This document shows positions 59,801 to 64,000 of a stretch of DNA of 64,000 bases, piece after piece. Where the stretch lies: positions 310,001 to 374,000 of the forward strand of contig JAPMXV010000049.1 in NCBI GenBank assembly GCA_026936335.1, in the 5' to 3' direction. Origin of the DNA: Mantamonas sphyraenae STR306. Taxonomy: Eukaryota > Protista > CRuMs. Both the position numbers and the translations under genes were made by a program. Numbering within the stretch: position 1 is the first letter of the stretch; every line of letters starts with the position of its first letter. A model generated the notes under the pieces. It was not told the origin of the DNA. It saw only the letters and a list, made by a program, of their open reading frames with translations, and made no database searches.

Positions 59801-62800
59801 GGCTGTGCGTTCGCCACTGGGTGACGTACGTCTCAGGCTATTGGATGCTGCCGGACAGGCGGTGGGTGTTGCGGACAACTCCACACGCACGTATGCGGTG
59901 ACACTGCTCCAAGGCAACGGGGCGGTGGGGGGCACGTTGGATGGGTCTGCGGCGACAAGCGTGACCACACGTGATGGCGCTGTGACTCTGACCGGATTGG
60001 CATTGGTCACACCACGCATTGGCGCATACACACTGCAAGGAACCGTGACGGGCATGCAGGCAGTGCAGGCTTCGTTTGTGGTGTATCCTGGACTGCCCTT
60101 TGGCCTTGGTCTCAACGTGACTACGTTGTCGTACGCAAGCGTGGCGCGTGTGGTGTTGGATGCCGTGCGTGTGTTGTCATTGGATGGCGGTGGCAATGTG
60201 CTCACTGTTGCGGACGATCCAAGTGTGGTGCCCCTCATCGCACGCCACACAGGCGGCCTGAACAACGATGCCAACAGTGGAGACGGCCTGGCGTCGTCGT
60301 CGCTGCTGCAGGTGAACGATCCCATGACCAGTGTACTTGTGTTGCGGCAGTCGACCGCCGTGTTGCCACGCGGTGTGTTGACGCTGCTGCGACCGCGCAC
60401 GGGTCAGGTTCTGGTGCAGGTGGGTGCGGCAAACGGAGGGCGCGAGCCTGCGTTGCTTCGTGTAAACATCACCAACGGTCCCGTGGAGGGGCTGGGTCTG
60501 TCGGGTGTGCTGGGTCAGCCAGGCGTGGTGGCCAACGTCACCTACGCGGGACTGCCGGCCACCACAGTGACCCTGGCGCCCATTGTCGTTGATTTGCAGG
60601 ACGCAGGCGGATCCGTGGTCGCTGGCGTGCCACTCAACGTGAGTGTCACGGGCACGCGCACGGCAAGTGCAGCCGCGGTCGCTTTGGAAGCCAAAACAAC
60701 CACCGGGCCTGTGATTGTGGCGGGCACGCGTGTGGTGACCACATCTGTGGTGGGTGGACGGCATCAGGCGCGTTTTGCAGACCTGCAATTGACTGCGGTG
60801 GCCGACGTGTACACACTGACGTTTGCAGCTGTGGGCAGCAACCAACTGCCCGCGGCGCTGCGAGACGTGAGTGTGCGCGTGCGCGTGTTGCCCGGACGCG
60901 TTGATCGCCTGGTGTTGGTCACGTCTGTGTCGCCCGAAACAAACAACACGGGACCGTTTGTGCGACAGCCCGTGGTGCGTACCGTCGATGGCGTGGGCAA
61001 TCACGTGGCCAACAACGACACGCTGGTGAGCATTACGTTTGTGCCTGCCGCCGTGGTGCGTGGCGGTTCCCAGCCTGCGCGCGAGGGATTGGCTGTGTTT
61101 ACAGACTTGGAACTGGTGGGCAAGTACGCCACCACGTACGACCTCGTGGTGGATGGATTTGTGGAAGGCCGATCGTTGCCTGCCGTCACCTCGACGTCAG
61201 CCACACGTGTGGTGGCCTGCGAGGAGGTGTTGGCCAATTCGGTGTCCAGTCTCAGTGGCGACGCGTGTGTGTGTGGCCCAGGATCGTTTTTGGCCCCCGG
61301 TGGCCTGTGTGTGCTCTGTGCCAAAGACACATTCCAGAGTGTGACCGGCCAGGAGCAGTGTCGTCCGTGTCCTGCACGCCGTGTCATCGACTACGTGGGA
61401 GCGACGCGGGAGAGCGAGTGCACGTGCATGGAGACCACATACGAAGACAACGAGGGACGCTGTGTCGATTGCGTCTCGGGCGGTATCTGCAAGCAAGGCG
61501 AGCGGCCTCAGCCGCAATCCAACTTTTTCTCCTTCCGCCAGGGCTCTTTGGACTTTTACGAGTGTCCCTACCCCACAGCATGCTCAGGTGGCGCCAATGC
61601 CACCTGTGCCACGGGTTACGAGGGGCCACTGTGTGGTGCGTGCTCCCAGGGCTACGGTCGCCTGGGTCAGCGCTGTGCGCCCTGTGGCTCCGCAGGCGTC
61701 AATTGGTTCCTTGTGGTGTTGTCCATCCTGGTCATTCTGACCATTATTTCGTCCATGAGCCGCCGTGCAGTGGGTGCCAAGCGTAGTGTGCGGTCAATCA
61801 TCAAGCGCATTACGCTGAACTACCTGCAGGTCATGGCCTTTATCGGGTCATTCAAGATGCAGTGGCCACAGGAAATCAGTTCGTTCCTTCAGCTGTTTGG
61901 CGTGGGCACCATGGAGCCCATGCAGCACCCGTTTGACTGTGCCACACGCTTGGGCGTGTACGGCTCCTTCACAAACTACATGACCCTGCCTCTGATCGGC
62001 ATCTCGATCCCCATTGTGGCGTATCTGGTGATCCGTTTCCACTTTCATCGCAAGCACAAGATTACATCGGATCAGTTGCAGGAGTACGGCGACGTCTGCT
62101 TCCGCTTGGGCCTGGTGACCATTTTCGTGGCATTCCCTCTGGTGAGCAAGAACATCCTGGATATGTTTACGTGCAAGGAGTATGGCACACATGCAGTTCT
62201 GCTCAAGCAAGACCCGCGTATCTCGTGCAAGGACCCGGAGTATCTGTACTACCGCGGATGGGCTACGTTTTTCGCTGTCTTTTACTGCGGCGGAGTGCCG
62301 CTGACCATGCTTGTGCTGCTGATTCTTGCAAAGCGCAGCAAGAACGTGCTGCGCAAGGTGGCCTTCCTTACCGATGGTTACGTGGCCAAGCGCTACTACT
62401 GGGAGTTTATCATTTTGGTGCGCAAGCTTCTGATTGTGACGGTGGTCATTCTGGAGGACAAGCCGTTGAAGCAACTGTATCTGGGTCTGTGGATTGTGCT
62501 GGCCTCGCTTGTGGTGCACATGTACGCGCGACCGTTTGCCAAAACGCTGCACCAGACGATGGAGGCACTGTCGCTGTTGGCCACAGCCATCACCCTGCTT
62601 TCGGGCATGTTGTTTGTCAGCAGCGAGGTGCAGGTGGAGGGCACCATCATGCTCGTGGTGCTGCTCATCTTTGTCAACACCTTGACATTGCTGGGCTTCA
62701 CGGGCTCCATGCTCATCCTGTGGATCTCGCAAAAGGTGCTCATCATCTGGGACAAGCTGAGCAAGGCCGAGGCCAAGGATGAGACGGCAGATGGCGAGGG

Positions 62801-63662
62801 CGAAGATGCAAACGAAGGCGACGCTGGTGCGGTCGGAGACTCGTCGATGCGCAGCAAGCGAAGCAACCGCGGAGGTTCAGTGGCATCGTCGGTACGTGGC
62901 TCGCGTGGTGCGAGCATGAAGAGCACACGTGGTCGTGGACAAACAGTCGAAGAGATGGACGTGGCTGGCGAGACGGAAGGCGCAGAAACGGGCAACTCTC
63001 GCTTGTCGGAAATGATTGCGTCTCAACGGTTGCGCCGGGGTTCCATTGTGCACCGCATTGTGGCCATTGGCGACACACTGGCCGGTGCCGAGCAGCGGTA
63101 CCGCACGCTTCAGCAAGAGGTGGAGCTGCAGGCGCGAAAGGAGAAGTTGGAGGTGACAATGGCGCAGGGTGAGGAGTTGGAGTTGGAGGTGTTGCGCAAG
63201 GCCATCGACGCACACGATCAGATGGAGAGCATGCGCAAGTCATCGTCAGCTGCGAGCGGGCGATCCCGTGCAGACACGGGCTTCTCACGCAGCGAGTATC
63301 TGGCTCAGATGAAGTCGCGAAGCTCAACCTACAGTCGCATTACGTTGGATGGTGATGGCGGTGTGCGAAAGGCACCGTCCTCACCCGAGGCAAGCACAGA
63401 AGAGGAAGCACCCGCGATCCCAGCTCGGCCTGTGAAGGAGACAGAGGAGAAGAACGGGAAGGAGGCGTTGGAAGAGGAGGAAGACGAAGCTCTGCCCGTG
63501 GTTCCGCCGCGTCGCAGTCGCAGTGTGTTCCAAGAGAGGCAGGAGAAGGACGGGGAGGAGGAGCACAGGTCAGGGGAGGACGAAGAGGCGGAGGAGGAAG
63601 CACCGCCGCCCGTCCCACCTCGCACACGCACACGACATCAGGCACAACAAGATGACGAGTGA
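38878..63662 (+). CDS. Giant (~8,000 aa) cell-surface protein: signal peptide, LamG-like domains, filamin/Ig-like repeats, 2 IPT/TIG, a long tandem Ig-like array, Cys-rich GCC2/GCC3-like region, multi-pass TM domain, acidic/Pro-rich tail
   Basis: Signal peptide MGRRQLLLLVLLLALTASL. Introns 38957-39109, 39440-39602, 39644-39785, 40246-40338 and 40671-40744 all join in frame. Recurrent RDAFGN/SPF.V.V.PG units; PLHGPQTGGT and PRNGPTYGN (IPT). TM region has QVM..F...WP and YYWEFIILVRKL. Frame breaks at ~48060, ~48392 and ~49527. Confidence 0.8.
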
Positions 63663-64000
63663 GGAAGTGAGTGCAAGTGAATGGAATGAAGTGACCTTGA
63701 CCTTGTGTGCGTGTGTCAGAATGCAGCGACGATGTGTGTGTGCGTGTTGCGTTTGCGTTTTTGGCGCCCACGGTTGATGCGCCACCAAACCCATTCAATT
63801 TCACAAGCAGAATGCGATCACATACCCATAGATATCTGTGGCTGGTCTTGGCCGCGTGTCTGCTGCTGGTGGAAACGGGTGAGTGCGGGAGTGTCGTCGT
63901 TTGGGTTTTTTCGCTCGTTTCCATCGTCTCCGGACTTGTCCCTTGCAAGCCCGTGACAACCCCCCCACACGGCCCTATGGACCCTCCACGCTTTCAATGG

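Noticed and set aside
38878-63662. Bacterial contaminant or inserted element (giant adhesin)
   Set aside because: Has five in-frame spliceosomal introns and a eukaryotic-type Cys-rich/TM C-terminus; no transposase, integrase or terminal repeats seen.
1-64000. rRNA, tRNA, snRNA genes or transposons
   Set aside because: None recognisable by eye and almost no non-coding space; intronic snoRNAs cannot be excluded without a covariance-model search.

Overview
Gene-dense, GC-rich (roughly 60% by eye) eukaryotic nuclear DNA, most likely from a free-living flagellated protist. The inference rests on a TSET coat subunit, EFCAB9, a C11orf65/MFI-like protein and an MT-A70-ZZ methylase. I can support 19 protein-coding genes with short GT-AG introns (about 75-190 nt, often with CTGAC/CTAAC/CTCAC branch-like motifs) and tiny spacers. 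In order: R2R3-MYB (-, truncated by the window), TSET TTRAY1/TWD40-1 with an inserted degenerate RasGAP domain, GT13 GnT-I-like, an unknown membrane protein, ANTH/AP180, EFCAB9-like, PX-4xSH3, Nudix, Alba/Rpp25, MT-A70 + ZZ fingers, F-box/LRR, MPG-like glycosylase, kinesin-7, a second membrane protein, a fucosyltransferase-like gene, C11orf65/MFI-like, an MFS transporter, FBXO9-like, PWI/CCCH (Nab2-like), CDK8, and a ~25 kb gene for a ~8,000-aa multi-pass surface protein. About 13 single-base frame breaks occur in both directions, mostly at homopolymers, and most likely are long-read assembly errors. The most notable points are: (1) operon-like packing, including an ATGA stop/start overlap linking the DNA-adenine methylase to an F-box/LRR gene; (2) the giant receptor-like protein; (3) the pseudo-RasGAP inside TTRAY1; (4) a CaaX-tailed EFCAB9; (5) strand-composition domains that ignore gene orientation. 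All family calls are from motif recognition by eye; no searches were run.
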